IMG/VR virus record: IMGVR_UViG_3300037089_000505
Span: 64,001 to 128,000 of that record
Reading direction: 5' to 3' (one strand)
DNA: 64,000 nucleotides
Source of the DNA: a virus
Position numbers and translations under genes: made by a program. This document shows, piece by piece, positions 22,240-33,984 of this stretch (positions within the stretch are counted from its first letter, which is position 1; every line of letters starts with the position of its first letter). The notes beneath the pieces are model-generated. The model had not been told where the DNA came from. It made no database searches and saw nothing but the letters and a program-made list of their open reading frames with translations.

Positions 22240-23580
22240 ATGGACGAACTTAAACAACTGAACAAACTGGTCACCGAACTCAACACCACGAACTCCACCA
22301 CAGACAAAACTGAGATCCTGGCCAAGTATCCGGAATGCAAAAAACTCCTGAGCTGGACCTATGATCCCTTCATCCAGTTCTACGTCAGCTCGGACAACAT
22401 TCTCAAGATGGAAAGCCAGATCAAACCCAACGGAGTTCATACCGACATCTTCGGCCTCATGGCTGAACTCAACTCCAGAAAGTATACTGGCCACGATGCC
22501 ATCGCCTACATCCTTCAGTTCATTTCCGAAAACAAGATTTACCGGGATCTCATCCTCCGCATACTCGATCGGAACCTCAAGACTCGGGCCGATGCCAAAC
22601 TCATCAACAAAGTTTGGCCGGGAACAGTCCCTTCTTTCGAAGTGGCTCTGGCCCACAAATACAACGACTTCAAACAGAAGGTGGATTTCACCAAAGACAC
22701 TTGGTTCGCTTCCAGAAAACTGGACGGAGTCCGGGTCATCACGGTCATCTCCTCAAACGGCGATATCAAATTTCTTTCCCGCAAAGGAAAAGAATTCACC
22801 ACTCTGGACAATGTCCGCAAAGAGCTCCAGAAGAAACTCGAACCATATCGCAATGACTTCGATTTCTTCAAGGGCGGCTTGGTTCTCGACGGAGAAATGT
22901 GCATCGTCAACCAGAACGGCGATGAAAACTTCACGGACATGATCAAGCTCATCCGCCGGAAGGACTACACGGTCGAACATCCCAAGTATAAGATCTTCGA
23001 TATGATGCCTTTGGTAATCTTCGAAGAGAAAGAACCACCCAAAGGAATTCGCAATATCAGGCTGACTCATCGAATCAATCTCATCAACCTCTTCAAAGAT
23101 CAGGGCATCTTCAATGGGGGCATCTTGGACCCGGTGGAGCAGAGGAAGATCGGAACCGAGAAAGACCTCACTGACTTCATGGCTGAAGCCAATTCCAAGA
23201 ATTGGGAAGGACTCATCCTCCGGAAGGATGTCCCCTACAAGGCCGGCCGCTCTTCGGATATGCTCAAGGTCAAGGAAATGCAGGACGATGAATTCGTGGT
23301 CCAGGACGTGGAGATGGGGCCCATCCGGATCATCAAGGGCGGCAAGGAAGTCACCGAGACAATGCTCTCCGCCATCAAGATCCCTTACAAAGGTAACGTG
23401 GTCTCGGTCGGATCTGGCTTCTCCATCCAGCAGAGACAGGAATTCTACAAGGATCCTTCTAAGATCCTGGGCAAAACGGTCACCATCAAATACTTCGAGG
23501 AAACTATCAATGAGCAGGGGCTCTACTCCCTCCGGTTTCCGGTCCTCAAGACCATCTACGATGGAGACCGGGATGTTTAA
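22240..23580 (+). CDS. ATP-dependent DNA ligase
   Basis: Motif I KLDGVR, LDGEM, IFD, EGLILR, KVK, VGSGFS and SLRFPV. Confidence 0.95.
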   Translation: MDELKQLNKLVTELNTTNSTTDKTEILAKYPECKKLLSWTYDPFIQFYVSSDNILKMESQIKPNGVHTDIFGLMAELNSRKYTGHDAIAYILQFISENKIYRDLILRILDRNLKTRADAKLINKVWPGTVPSFEVALAHKYNDFKQKVDFTKDTWFASRKLDGVRVITVISSNGDIKFLSRKGKEFTTLDNVRKELQKKLEPYRNDFDFFKGGLVLDGEMCIVNQNGDENFTDMIKLIRRKDYTVEHPKYKIFDMMPLVIFEEKEPPKGIRNIRLTHRINLINLFKDQGIFNGGILDPVEQRKIGTEKDLTDFMAEANSKNWEGLILRKDVPYKAGRSSDMLKVKEMQDDEFVVQDVEMGPIRIIKGGKEVTETMLSAIKIPYKGNVVSVGSGFSIQQRQEFYKDPSKILGKTVTIKYFEETINEQGLYSLRFPVLKTIYDGDRDV

Positions 23581-25999
23581 AGAAACTCTAAAAACAGTCC
23601 TTGCTATTTTTGCCATCGTAATAATGGCGGCGCTTCTCCTCTTTCTTCTTTGGACTGTTTTTCATCCAATCGACCGTTTTGTCGGGACAAAAATACAGGC
23701 AGTAGAAAATGTCTAAGGCAAAGCGATCTGAGCTCATCAAACTGATTGAGCGGGCAGTAATAGTTCAGGGCGTCACAAAGACTTGGCTTGAGGATGCGGT
23801 CCTCGTCTTAAAGAAGGAATCGAAATGAAGATGAGAAATGGAATGGAAATCAAGGATCATATCAGTATCACTATGGACAAGGAAGAATATGAACAGGCAG
23901 CCGGGGTCGAGCTGACTGATCGGCAGTGGCAGTCGGTGGTCCGTAGGATTCGGGATCCCAATCGGTCCGAGCTTTATAGCATCCTGAATCATATCACTGG
24001 CGTCATCAACGAAATGAGGAGGAAGTAATGGGGACTAGAACCAAGATGCTTCGGCTCCAGAGAATGGGGCTGATGGAGGAAAGACGCCAGGATCGGCTCA
24101 GAGCATACTGGCTCGCCGAACGAGACCGCACTGAGAGAGAGCAGGGCTACGCAATGCACAAATTCTATGAAGATCAAGCGCAGAAGCGGCTCGCAGAGGA
24201 AAAGGCAAAGAGGTTGTCTACCCGCATTCGGAAGTGGTGGAATGGGCTCTTCTTCAAAGACGCCTCTATTCCTTGCGGCATCGGAATCGATCACAAAGAG
24301 GATATGCCTCCGGAGGGGAAATGACACTTTCAGACAAGATCTTCAGATTCATAGCCGTCCTCATTGTCGTCGCTCTTTCTTTCGGCGGCGTCTTTTTTAT
24401 CGACGGTCTCCTCACTGGAGATTGGCCGACCAAACACGATCCCAGTATCACCTTCAACCTCATCGGCAGCCAGGTCTACACTTACCATTCGGTAGGTACT
24501 ATTGTTATCAATCCTCATTTTACCGTAGAAGGAAGTGATAAGCCGGGAGTTCCTGCTATTCAATATAGCGACAAATATTGGTCAACCGATAAAGAACATC
24601 CCGAAAATGACAGTACGACTCTTCTCGTTTCTGACTCTGAAAAGGTATTTATTCCTCGGCGTAATTACGTCTTGACTGACTCTAAGGGCAAAAGCTTTTA
24701 TTCAAACGGACCTTTGGTTATCACGCCCAATGACGTCATAAATGGTCGAACAGCTCCGACCATTCGTTTTCAAGAGAAAGGCAAAAATCCGAACTACGCA
24801 GCCGTCTTTATTCTCAGAGGCAAAGCTTTTGTGGAGGTGGCAAAATGATGTTCTTAAAAATTCTTTGGGGCGTTGTAAAGATCGCCCTCATAGCACTACT
24901 CATAGCGCTAGCCGCAGTAGTATTCGTTGCCATCTTTGGCAGCCTATCCTTTGTATGGTTTGCTGTTTTGGCGATCATCTACATCATACTGCTGATCACT
25001 GGCATAATTTTTCTTGTTCGGTGGTTGGCTGAAAAGGGCTGGTTCGATGAGTTTCTTTTTTAAGAAAGGAAGGGACATGAAAGCTTTTTACTCGAATCAC
25101 GAGAGCCGCATTTTGCACATTGCGGGGCTTGTAGCGATTGCTGTTATATTCATCGGTATCTTGGGACTCGTAATATGAAAAGGCGCTACAGGATCTTTCT
25201 CGTAATTGTTATTTTGCTCACCTTGGGCAATATCTTCATGTTGGTCATAAGCAATAATTGGCCAGGAAGAGTTTCCAGTATCATAGGATGCGCCGGCGGA
25301 ACTGTAGCGGCAATAGCTTGTATTCGATTAATGAAGAGCGCAGTTGACTGATTTCTTTTTCAGAGAAAATCAATTAACGCTCCACAAATATTATCGCTTT
25401 CAGATTTCTAGATGGGAAGCTGATTGTAGAAAGTTAGCTGCATTTCGCATATGGAACTATAAGAAGACTGATCTTGCTGGATTTGGGTTTGTCCTTGAGT
25501 TACTTGGTTTGAACATCGTCCTTGAATTTTACGACAACAGGTATTGGGATCGCGAACACGACCGCTGGAAGAGGAATAAACATGAATCCGAATATTAAAC
25601 CAGTCCTTGACGACGCAGCAAAACTGATCGACGCAGACTCTGGCGGAATGAAGCTCATGGAGCTCTTGCCAGCTATTCTCGTGATTCATAGAAACATCGA
25701 TCCTGATGACTTGATCGACGGGCTCAAATGCGATTCTCGTTTCAAGGTCTTTGAATACTATTGGCGGCTTGACGACAATACTTTGCGTCTCAAATATTTC
25801 GTGACCTTGACTTACAAATAGGAGAAACTATGTCAAACTTGTTTTTTCAGCTTTTTTCCTTTTTCCTTTTTCTCTTCATTGTTGCTGTTGTCCTTTACTT
25901 GACGATAATGCTTTCAGCGATCTTTGCCGTAATTGTTCTTTGTGTTCTAGTTGTCATGTGCATTATTTATCCGATCTATCTTTGGTTTAAGAGGTAAAA

Positions 26000-26419
26000 A
26001 TGGAGCAGCATCCAAGAAATCCATACGTAGCAGTAGACGCCATCATCCGGGTGAAAGGTGGCGCTAAAATCATTTGTATCAAGCGCAAGAACCCTCCATA
26101 TGGTTTGGCTCTTCCTGGGGGTTTTGTCAATTACGGCGAAAGCGCCGAAGATGCAATCAAACGAGAAGTGATGGAAGAAGTCGGCGTCCGGTTAGATCTC
26201 CTGGCCCAGTTCCATACTTACTCGGCACCTGACAGGGATCCTCGTCATCACACACTCAGCGTAGTATTCATCGCTTGGTCAGAGGATGAACCGAAAGCGG
26301 GAGACGACGCCGCTGAAGTCCTTCTTGTCAATACGCTTGATATTCCAAAGCTTGAGTTCGCTTTTGATCACGCAAAAATCCTAGAGGACTGGAGAGGACT
26401 CGGACAGTATCGACACTGA
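26000..26419 (+). CDS. NUDIX hydrolase (ADP-ribose pyrophosphatase-like)
   Basis: ALPGGFVNYGESAEDAIKREVMEEVG Nudix box; RDPR; AGDDA; AFDH. Confidence 0.92.
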   Translation: MEQHPRNPYVAVDAIIRVKGGAKIICIKRKNPPYGLALPGGFVNYGESAEDAIKREVMEEVGVRLDLLAQFHTYSAPDRDPRHHTLSVVFIAWSEDEPKAGDDAAEVLLVNTLDIPKLEFAFDHAKILEDWRGLGQYRH

Positions 26420-26966
26420 TTTATTATAAAGGTAACGGAGGAAGCAATGGTCAAAGATTTTTTCTGGAACCTGTTTTGGAAGCCGGTAAAGTCAAATCTG
26501 ATACTGGCAGCTCTTTTCCTTGTAGAGATTTTCTGGTTTCTTGTCCTGGAATGGGAGCGATGGATCCACATCGCATTTCTCATCGGAACTGGCATTCTTT
26601 CAATCTACCTCAACGATGGCCGTTACTTCGTGGCGGCTGCCGGTGGGGCCACAGTCTACAGTCTCCTTTGGTTCAAGCTGGCCGTCTCGAAACGGTGGTA
26701 AACTAGAGGCGGCAGAGATCTGGGCCGGTGGAAACACCGGCCTTCTTTTTACGAAAGGAAGCAGAGATGGCTACCTTCTTACGTTTCATGGTTTTTATTG
26801 TCATGGGCGCTGGGGGTCTTTTCCTGGGCATCTTTTTAGTATATCTTGCCTGGACGTTTCTACCCTTGATACTTTCTATTTTCGCAACAGTCATAGCATT
26901 TGTGCTTTGGTGCTGGGGAGTAGTTGAAGTCGGGGCATGGGTCATAATTTCGGCATAGGAGAGACA

Positions 26967-27737
26967 ATGACTGATTCACTTGGCGATAGGATGAAAGGCA
27001 ATTACGAAAACCGTTCTCGGTTTTACCTGACTCGAAGAACGCCTGTCATCATTCGTGTAGATGGCCGAGCCTTTCACACTCTGACTCGCAACTGCGAAAA
27101 GCCCTTTGATGAGAGTTTGAGCAAATGCATGATCGAGACTACGATCGGACTCTGTGAAGAGATTCAAGGCGCAAAATGTGCCTACGTCCAAAGCGACGAG
27201 ATCTCAATTCTGATTACCGATTATGATCGTCTTAGCTCTGGCGCCTGGTTCGACTACAACCTCCAGAAGATGGCTTCGGTCTCAGCTTCCATCGCCACTC
27301 TAGCTTTCGGTCTTTCTATAAGAAAAATCGCTGGCGATTGGAACGATTGGAAAAGTCAAGCCAAAGCTACATTCGACTCTCGCGTTTTCAATATTCCGAG
27401 AGAAGAGGTGACCAACTATTTCGTTTGGAGACAGCAAGACTGGACTCGCAACAGCCTTGAAATGCTGGCTCGAGCCCACTATTCACACAAACAGCTGGAC
27501 AAAAAGAATGGTGCAGCAATGCACGAGATGCTCCACGAGAGGGGCGTCAATTGGGCGGATCTCCCTGACAAGTGGAAGAATGGAAGTCTCATTGTCAAAG
27601 AGTCTATTCTCATAGACCTGAATCAGGACATGGTAGCTTCAAACATGCGGTCTGAGTGGAAGCCGAAAGATCCATGTCCCATTTTCAAGAACGACCGAGA
27701 CGCTATCGAGAAGCTTCTCATACCTGAGGAGGTATAA
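26967..27737 (+). CDS. thg1: tRNA(His) guanylyltransferase Thg1-like protein
   Basis: RVDGRAFH, YVQSDEISIL, FDSRVF and WRQQD..RNS motifs. Confidence 0.93.
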   Translation: MTDSLGDRMKGNYENRSRFYLTRRTPVIIRVDGRAFHTLTRNCEKPFDESLSKCMIETTIGLCEEIQGAKCAYVQSDEISILITDYDRLSSGAWFDYNLQKMASVSASIATLAFGLSIRKIAGDWNDWKSQAKATFDSRVFNIPREEVTNYFVWRQQDWTRNSLEMLARAHYSHKQLDKKNGAAMHEMLHERGVNWADLPDKWKNGSLIVKESILIDLNQDMVASNMRSEWKPKDPCPIFKNDRDAIEKLLIPEEV

Positions 27738-29224
27738 CATGTCAAAGAAAGAACTTGAACCGGTCGAGCTCATCGACATCACGATCAAGGCTTTCGCTCA
27801 CGGAGCCCTCATTTTCGAGAAGAGCTACCGCAACATCCAATACACTCTCGACTATGATGATCAGCTCACTGAAATCCAGATCACTGATAGTCTCGGCAAG
27901 ACAAAGACCCAGTCATTTTTCAACGTCGCCGTCATCGTCACAGAAGACTGAAATGACTTTTGATTGGGTTAAAGGCGAGCCGCCGAAAGAATCAAATAAG
28001 AAATGGCTGATTGAAATTCGGCCAGAATTTTTCGGTGGTTCACAGAAGGATTCTGAATACATAGTCATTTCATGGAATCCCATAACACTTTACTATTTGG
28101 ACTGGCTGGGACATGTAGTTGAGCCTTTCTATATCGCAAGACATGTAGAGTTGGAGGTCTAAAATGAAATGGCTTATGTATCGCGATCGCCATAGCTCTG
28201 GCGTCTCGCACTGGATTTATCGGCCACTCTACGTAGATAAGATCACAGACGATCTCAAAAAAGACTGTGAAGAAAGCATGCAGGAAAAGTCCAATGAATG
28301 GAATTGGTCTGATCACTTCCGAGGCATAGAGTGGAAAATCGTTGACACTCGGCATGTCTCAATGAAAGCTATTGCAGCTACTTTGATCGGCATGAAACGA
28401 TCGGTAAACTATCACAAGATTGCTATCAAAGACCTCAACGGTCAAATCCCTCAGATCTTATCTCTACTGGATAACGGCAAGGGTCGCAAAACTGACCCTG
28501 ATGATATCGAGCAGGCACGTCGAGACAAGCAGCGAGCCAAGAGCATGAGGGACTTTCAAAAGCGACAGGCGAAAGGAAAATAACATGGCAATATTCGGAT
28601 GGATCCTTATAGCCCTTATCATTTTCTTTTTAGCCCTTTGGTTACCGAAGAACTTAGCCACTTATTTGGCAAAATCATGGTTTGAAAATAACTACCCAGA
28701 TTGGGCTAATCTTCTCCCGTCCTATAATCGCATGTTCTGGAACCCTCGCCGATGGACAGTAATGTCGTGGTTGAGTTGGCTTCAGAAAAAATTGACCAAA
28801 CAGCTTGCTGAAGTTGAAAAACAAATCAATCTTGCTGAAGTCATAAGCAAAGATCCCGAGTTTGCTTCACGACTTGTCAGCTCGGGTGTGTATGATCAAA
28901 TCCAGCAATGGATCAAGTCTCCTGCAGGTCAAGAATTCAAGAAAGTCGTAGACGAAATCAACAAAAAGGGAAAAAATGACTAAGATCATAAACTGGCTCT
29001 CTAAAAGAATTGATGAAATGAGCCAACAGGGCTATTGGTATTTTGTTCTCATAACTGCCTGGTGCATCGGCTGGATCATTGCCGATATTGCAACCGGTGG
29101 ATGGCCTTGGGCTATTGGACTCGCAATCATCTATATACCCTTCGTGATTGCTTTTTATAGAAAAATTCGCAAGAAGAAATCCTGAGCTTCGACAAAACGA
29201 TAGTATCAATCAAAGGAGAGCTAA

Positions 29225-30412
29225 ATGCCAATAACGCAGTCTCTGCTTAATACCGACCTTTATAAGCTGTCAATGGCTCAAGCGGCTCTTCATCAATTTC
29301 CTGGAGCAGAGGTTGAATATGCTTTTAAGTGTCGTAATAAAGCGCATTGGACTCCAGAAATTGTAGCTGCTATCAACAAAGAAATAGACGATCTTTGCTC
29401 CCTACGATTTACACAAGAGGAGCTTGAATTTCTTTCCCGTATTCGGTATCTCAAAAGAGACTTCCTTGATTTTTTGAGTCTCACACAATTGAATCGAAAG
29501 CATATCAAAGCATGGCTCGATGAAAATCAAGAACTTCAAATTCGTATTAAAGGTAATTGGTTTTTGACTATCTTATTTGAAGTCCCCGTCCTTGCTATCG
29601 TCAATGAAATCTACAATCAATTCACCTATCCCAACGTTGGCCCATTTGTAGGTGGACGTGGTCGCCTTGAAGAAAAAGCAAAGCTGCTCAAAGCCTATCT
29701 TTCAAATGGAAATCTACTCTACTTTAGTGACTTTGGAACACGGCGACGATACTCCTTCCATTGGCAAAAGGAAGTAGTCAAATTCTTGAAAGACGAATTT
29801 GGGCCGTCTGGAGTTTTCACTGGAACTTCAAACGTTCTTCTGGCAAAGACTTTCGGTCTCCGGCCTATTGGCACCATGGCCCACGAATGGATCCAGTGCG
29901 GTCAGGCAACTGGAGTCAGACTCATTGACTCGCAAAAAAGAATGCTTCAGGCCTGGGTAGACGAATACCGTGGCGACTTGGGCTATGCACTTTCAGATAC
30001 ACTCGGCACTGATGCTTTCGTCAAAGACTTCGACCAGTACTTTGCCAAGCTCTACGACGGAGTGAGACAAGACTCTGGTGATCCAATCGCTTGGGGGCAC
30101 AGGATCATTCAGCACTACAAAAAATTGGGCGTTGACCCCAAGACAAAGTCGCTCATCTTTTCAGATTCATTGGATTTTCCAAAGGCCATCAATATCAATG
30201 AGACTTTCAAGAATCAAGCCAAAGTTTCATTCGGTATCGGCACTTATCTGACCAATGATATTGAAGGAATTGAGCCACTCAACGTAGTAATCAAAGTGGT
30301 CAGGTGCAATGGCCAGCCGGTTGCAAAACTTTCTGACTCACCGGGCAAAGGCATGTGTGAGGATCAGGATCACGTCACATACCTCAAGAAGGTTTTTGGC
30401 ATCAAGGAGTAA
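29225..30412 (+). CDS. pncB: Nicotinate phosphoribosyltransferase
   Basis: TDLYKLSM, DFGTRRR, GTSNV, GTMAHEW, GVRQDSGDP, FSDSL, FGIGT and KLSDSPGK motifs. Confidence 0.95.
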   Translation: MPITQSLLNTDLYKLSMAQAALHQFPGAEVEYAFKCRNKAHWTPEIVAAINKEIDDLCSLRFTQEELEFLSRIRYLKRDFLDFLSLTQLNRKHIKAWLDENQELQIRIKGNWFLTILFEVPVLAIVNEIYNQFTYPNVGPFVGGRGRLEEKAKLLKAYLSNGNLLYFSDFGTRRRYSFHWQKEVVKFLKDEFGPSGVFTGTSNVLLAKTFGLRPIGTMAHEWIQCGQATGVRLIDSQKRMLQAWVDEYRGDLGYALSDTLGTDAFVKDFDQYFAKLYDGVRQDSGDPIAWGHRIIQHYKKLGVDPKTKSLIFSDSLDFPKAININETFKNQAKVSFGIGTYLTNDIEGIEPLNVVIKVVRCNGQPVAKLSDSPGKGMCEDQDHVTYLKKVFGIKE

Positions 30413-30415
30413 CAC

Positions 30416-30826
30416 ATGGTTATGCTTATTGGTCTCGGTCTTTTGTTTGCCGGCGGCTTTGTTTGGCTCTCCGTGACAAATGATAGGGCAAGTTTCGGGG
30501 AGATCGGCGTCCTGGTCATAATGGCAATAGCTATTGCCGGCTTTATCACTATGGAAGTCTCGAAAGCAGTAAAGAGCCAGATCGTATCTGAGAAGATAAG
30601 TGTGACCATCCTCGATGACGACAAGGCTATCTTCCATGATAATGGCAAAGATATGGATATCAATACTACGAAGTTTGAAAGTATTGTGTTCACAGGCGAC
30701 AAGCTCTTTGTCCAAAAGACTTCAAGAATGTATCCCAAAAATATTTGGCTTCTCGACATGACTTCGTCCAACTACGTTTTGATAATTCCAGAGGTGGCAA
30801 CAAAATATGCTCCCAAAGGAGAATAG
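30416..30826 (+). CDS. Two-TM membrane protein (family ending in Y-x-L-x-I-P)
   Basis: Two TM helices; C-terminal SSNYVLIIP. Confidence 0.45.
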   Translation: MVMLIGLGLLFAGGFVWLSVTNDRASFGEIGVLVIMAIAIAGFITMEVSKAVKSQIVSEKISVTILDDDKAIFHDNGKDMDINTTKFESIVFTGDKLFVQKTSRMYPKNIWLLDMTSSNYVLIIPEVATKYAPKGE

Positions 30827-31794
30827 AGATATGAGAGTCGGCGACATGGTCAGAAACAGCAAAGAACAAAGACTTTATTGCGGATGTGGAATGTATCCAT
30901 ACGCTATAGTCATGTCCCTCGATCCCTTCATCTTGGTATCAGAGGAGACTGATATGAGATGGGACCATGTTCTCAGAGAAGAGATGGACGAAATAGTTGG
31001 ACGGGCAAAGACTTCCACTATTCTGCGATGTCTTTGCCGCCTTTCTCTAAAAGAAAAGATAAAATTTTTAAATTGGTCTAAATGAATAAGCGTAAGGTCA
31101 TTCATCTTTTGAAAGGAGTACGCTACGCGAAGATAAGAGCTGATTTATCGTTTTTGAATGGCGGTGAAATTCCTTACAAAAATCATTGGGGTAATTGGGT
31201 TTGGCGCGATCCTTCTGTACCAGAGGACAAAAATTGGGGCGGGCTAAAGCCTCCCAATAGTACTTGCATCCCAGTTCTCTATAATGGAATTTGGCACTGG
31301 AAACATTTTCTTTAAAGGAAACTCTATGATAATTGCATTGAGCCTTTTTGCAGCTGTAGTAATAGTTGCACTTATTAGCTATGGGATCACATGGCTTAGT
31401 GATCTGTGGTGGAAACATGCAGTAAGTCGAATGCTTCACAAATTAGCCAAAAAATATTCAACAAAAGATCCTCACGTGCATGATGTCTTAGAAAAATTTG
31501 CCAAGGACTGGGATAAAGATCATTTGTTTGGTAAAGGAATAAAATGAAGCTTGAACAAATGTGTTCCTATAATAGCATGACTGGTATGTATCCAGATCAT
31601 GTTTGGGGTGGGGAACCCCGATATGAAAAGGCACGGCGGGTACGATGCCCAACATGTGGGCGATCAATGATGGCCGCAGTACGTTATTGTCATGATGGCT
31701 GTTGCGCTTTTCAATGTATTCCGCCTCATAAGAAAAAGGGCTGGTGGAAAAAACCAAAACCCAAACCAGTTGAGCACAGACATCCGAGGAGAGT

Positions 31795-32112
31795 ATGAAA
31801 AAATACGGCACAACTCCAGAGAAGACGCGAGAGATATGGCGTTCTATCAATATCCGCAAAGTTCTCAAGAAACATATTGCTTGTCAAAGATGTGGTCTTT
31901 GTTGCAAAGCTGGAGTTTGTGGAGTTGGAAAAGAAGATAAAAATGGTCGATGTATTTTTCTTGTAAAACTAGAGGACAAATATTCTTGTAAACTCTACGC
32001 TCAAGGAAAAGTTGAAGGCGGCCGAATAGGCATAGGAAACGGTTGTGTTGTTCGAGCTTTGCCACGCGAGTTCTTCAGTTTTTATAGCGACAATTATGGG
32101 CCATTGCCATGA
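31795..32112 (+). CDS. CxxCxxCC (YkgJ-like) cysteine-cluster protein
   Basis: CQRCGLCC...C.FL....C.LY pattern. Confidence 0.6.
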   Translation: MKKYGTTPEKTREIWRSINIRKVLKKHIACQRCGLCCKAGVCGVGKEDKNGRCIFLVKLEDKYSCKLYAQGKVEGGRIGIGNGCVVRALPREFFSFYSDNYGPLP

Positions 32113-32984
32113 TTAGTGAATTTCTTAAATTTTATGCGTCTCGGTTTCATCTCATAGATCTTCCGAATACAAGAAAACCTGGAGAAGAAGTTTATAAAGT
32201 AGACGATTGGTCTAAAGTAACGCCAGTTGATATTAAAGGAGATTACTTGGCAGTCTTTGCGGGCTTTGCCTATCCAAACGATACTGACTCTAGCCAGACA
32301 AATTTAATTCATATTAAAGAAGCATATGACCTTGTGGGGAATGGCGAGTGCGTTCGTATCATTTTGGATCCTGGTAAGATGAATAATTTTGCGACACTCG
32401 TAGAGGGTAGGGAAAAGACTTTGACTCTACTTAAACTTAAAAGCTGATGGGCTTCGAAGTAAATCTATAATCAATCATGGCCAAATTCCGGGTCAGACTC
32501 AGAGCGAAAGTTCAACTTTCAACTGGGAAGAAATACTTAGACTTAGAGGATCTACTCGTTTTCTTCAAGTTAAGCAAAGAAGTCTGTTATGGTTTAACGG
32601 CTGATCAAGTTTACGATTACCTCATCAAAATTATGGAACGTTGGAAGGAAGAATCTCTATGACAGAGCAAGAAGCAAATCAACTCGTTCGAGACTTATTT
32701 TCTGGTCTCACCTGCTATATTCGCAATATAGAAGTAGAAGCTATTTATGGCGATTACGTTTTGGTACATCACAAAAGCCATCCCGAATGGTGTGGTCGAA
32801 TGACGGGTCTGCAAACGAAGCATACCACGCTCTTGTTCACAAAGATATGAAACGGGGTAGATCAATTAGCGCAGAACGCGAAGCAGTTCTTTACATTTCC
32901 GGACGGCTTAACAAAGAGAAACGAGCTCTAATTACCGAGAGAGTAAAGCAGCCTTTTGTTTCGAAGTAGCTATATAATTACTCT

Positions 32985-33563
32985 ATGGAACTCTTGAAAT
33001 TCATCGACACCAATTCTGATTGGAAAGAAAAAATCCAAGCCGAACCTTTTTGTGTCAAGGTTGAGGAAGACGAACACTACGTCCTTCTGAAATACGATCA
33101 GATTCATTCTGACTTCAATATTCCCATGGTTCGGGAATGTCGGGGTATCATCCTTACCAAAGACACTCATGAAGTGGTTTGCCATCCCTTCGACAAATTC
33201 GGCAACTATGGTGAGGGATACTGCCCAGAGATAGACTGGGCTACTGCTCGAGTTCAGTCCAAAATCGATGGCTGCTGTGATGCCGATGTTAAACTCATTA
33301 CCAAAACCGGTGAAAAGGCTATAAAAGAAATCGTTGAGGGCGAAGAAGTCCTCACTTTCAATTTCGAAAAAGACCAACCAGAATTTAATGTTGTAAAGGC
33401 AACTTCCAAAAAATTCAACAACAACGATTGGTATGAAATAGAACTAGAAAATGACCAGAAAATAAAACTGACTGGTAATCATCGTGTTTGGGTAGAAAAT
33501 CTGAAATGTTATCGCCAAGTAAAAGATCTGAAAGGCGATGAGGAGGAGGTTAAATTTATATGA
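32985..33563 (+). CDS. Rnl1-type RNA ligase N-extein (aa 1-96, ends KIDG) fused to split intein N-half (aa 97-192)
   Basis: ECRGIIL...PFDKFGNYGE...SKIDG, then CCDADVKLITKTGEKAIKEIV (block A) and KLTGNHRVW (block B TxxH), then a stop. Confidence 0.9.
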   Translation: MELLKFIDTNSDWKEKIQAEPFCVKVEEDEHYVLLKYDQIHSDFNIPMVRECRGIILTKDTHEVVCHPFDKFGNYGEGYCPEIDWATARVQSKIDGCCDADVKLITKTGEKAIKEIVEGEEVLTFNFEKDQPEFNVVKATSKKFNNNDWYEIELENDQKIKLTGNHRVWVENLKCYRQVKDLKGDEEEVKFI

Positions 33564-33943
33564 TTTTAAAAATAATTCTAACAGTAGTAATGTTAGTAGT
33601 TGCATTAGTAGTTGGATTTTTACTACCCAATAATATAAGCTTTTTAGGCTCGCTTATTTTATTGGTAGTATTCTATGTAGTCTATTTTGTTTTTATTAAG
33701 CCAGTTATAAAAATGATCGACAAAGAGCTTCATTCATTCGAGCGTATAAGCAAAAAAATTATTGCAAAATATGGTACCCCAGATGAGCGAGGAATTTCTA
33801 TTTTTCCAGAAGAAAAAATGAGAGACGTGGGAGTATTAGAAGAGATTACGTGGACATGGCATAAAAAAGAGGGCGACTGGAAAGTCGTTTTTTATAGAGA
33901 TAAAGATGGATGGGCAGATTATGATGATGCTGCAGAAAGTTAA
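33560..33943 (+). CDS. Two-TM membrane protein between the split-intein halves
   Basis: ATGA overlap with the upstream stop; two hydrophobic helices; KYGTPD...TWTW C-terminal domain. Confidence 0.6.
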   Translation: MILKIILTVVMLVVALVVGFLLPNNISFLGSLILLVVFYVVYFVFIKPVIKMIDKELHSFERISKKIIAKYGTPDERGISIFPEEKMRDVGVLEEITWTWHKKEGDWKVVFYRDKDGWADYDDAAES

Positions 33944-33984
33944 GCGTCCCATCAACTTTTCATTGAATTTGACAAGATAACTCA

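Noticed and set aside
22057-23716. Long alternative-frame and antisense ORFs over the DNA ligase (likewise over 11194, the RNA ligase and rtcB)
   Set aside because: These are expected shadows of C-ending codon bias, with no motifs or SD.
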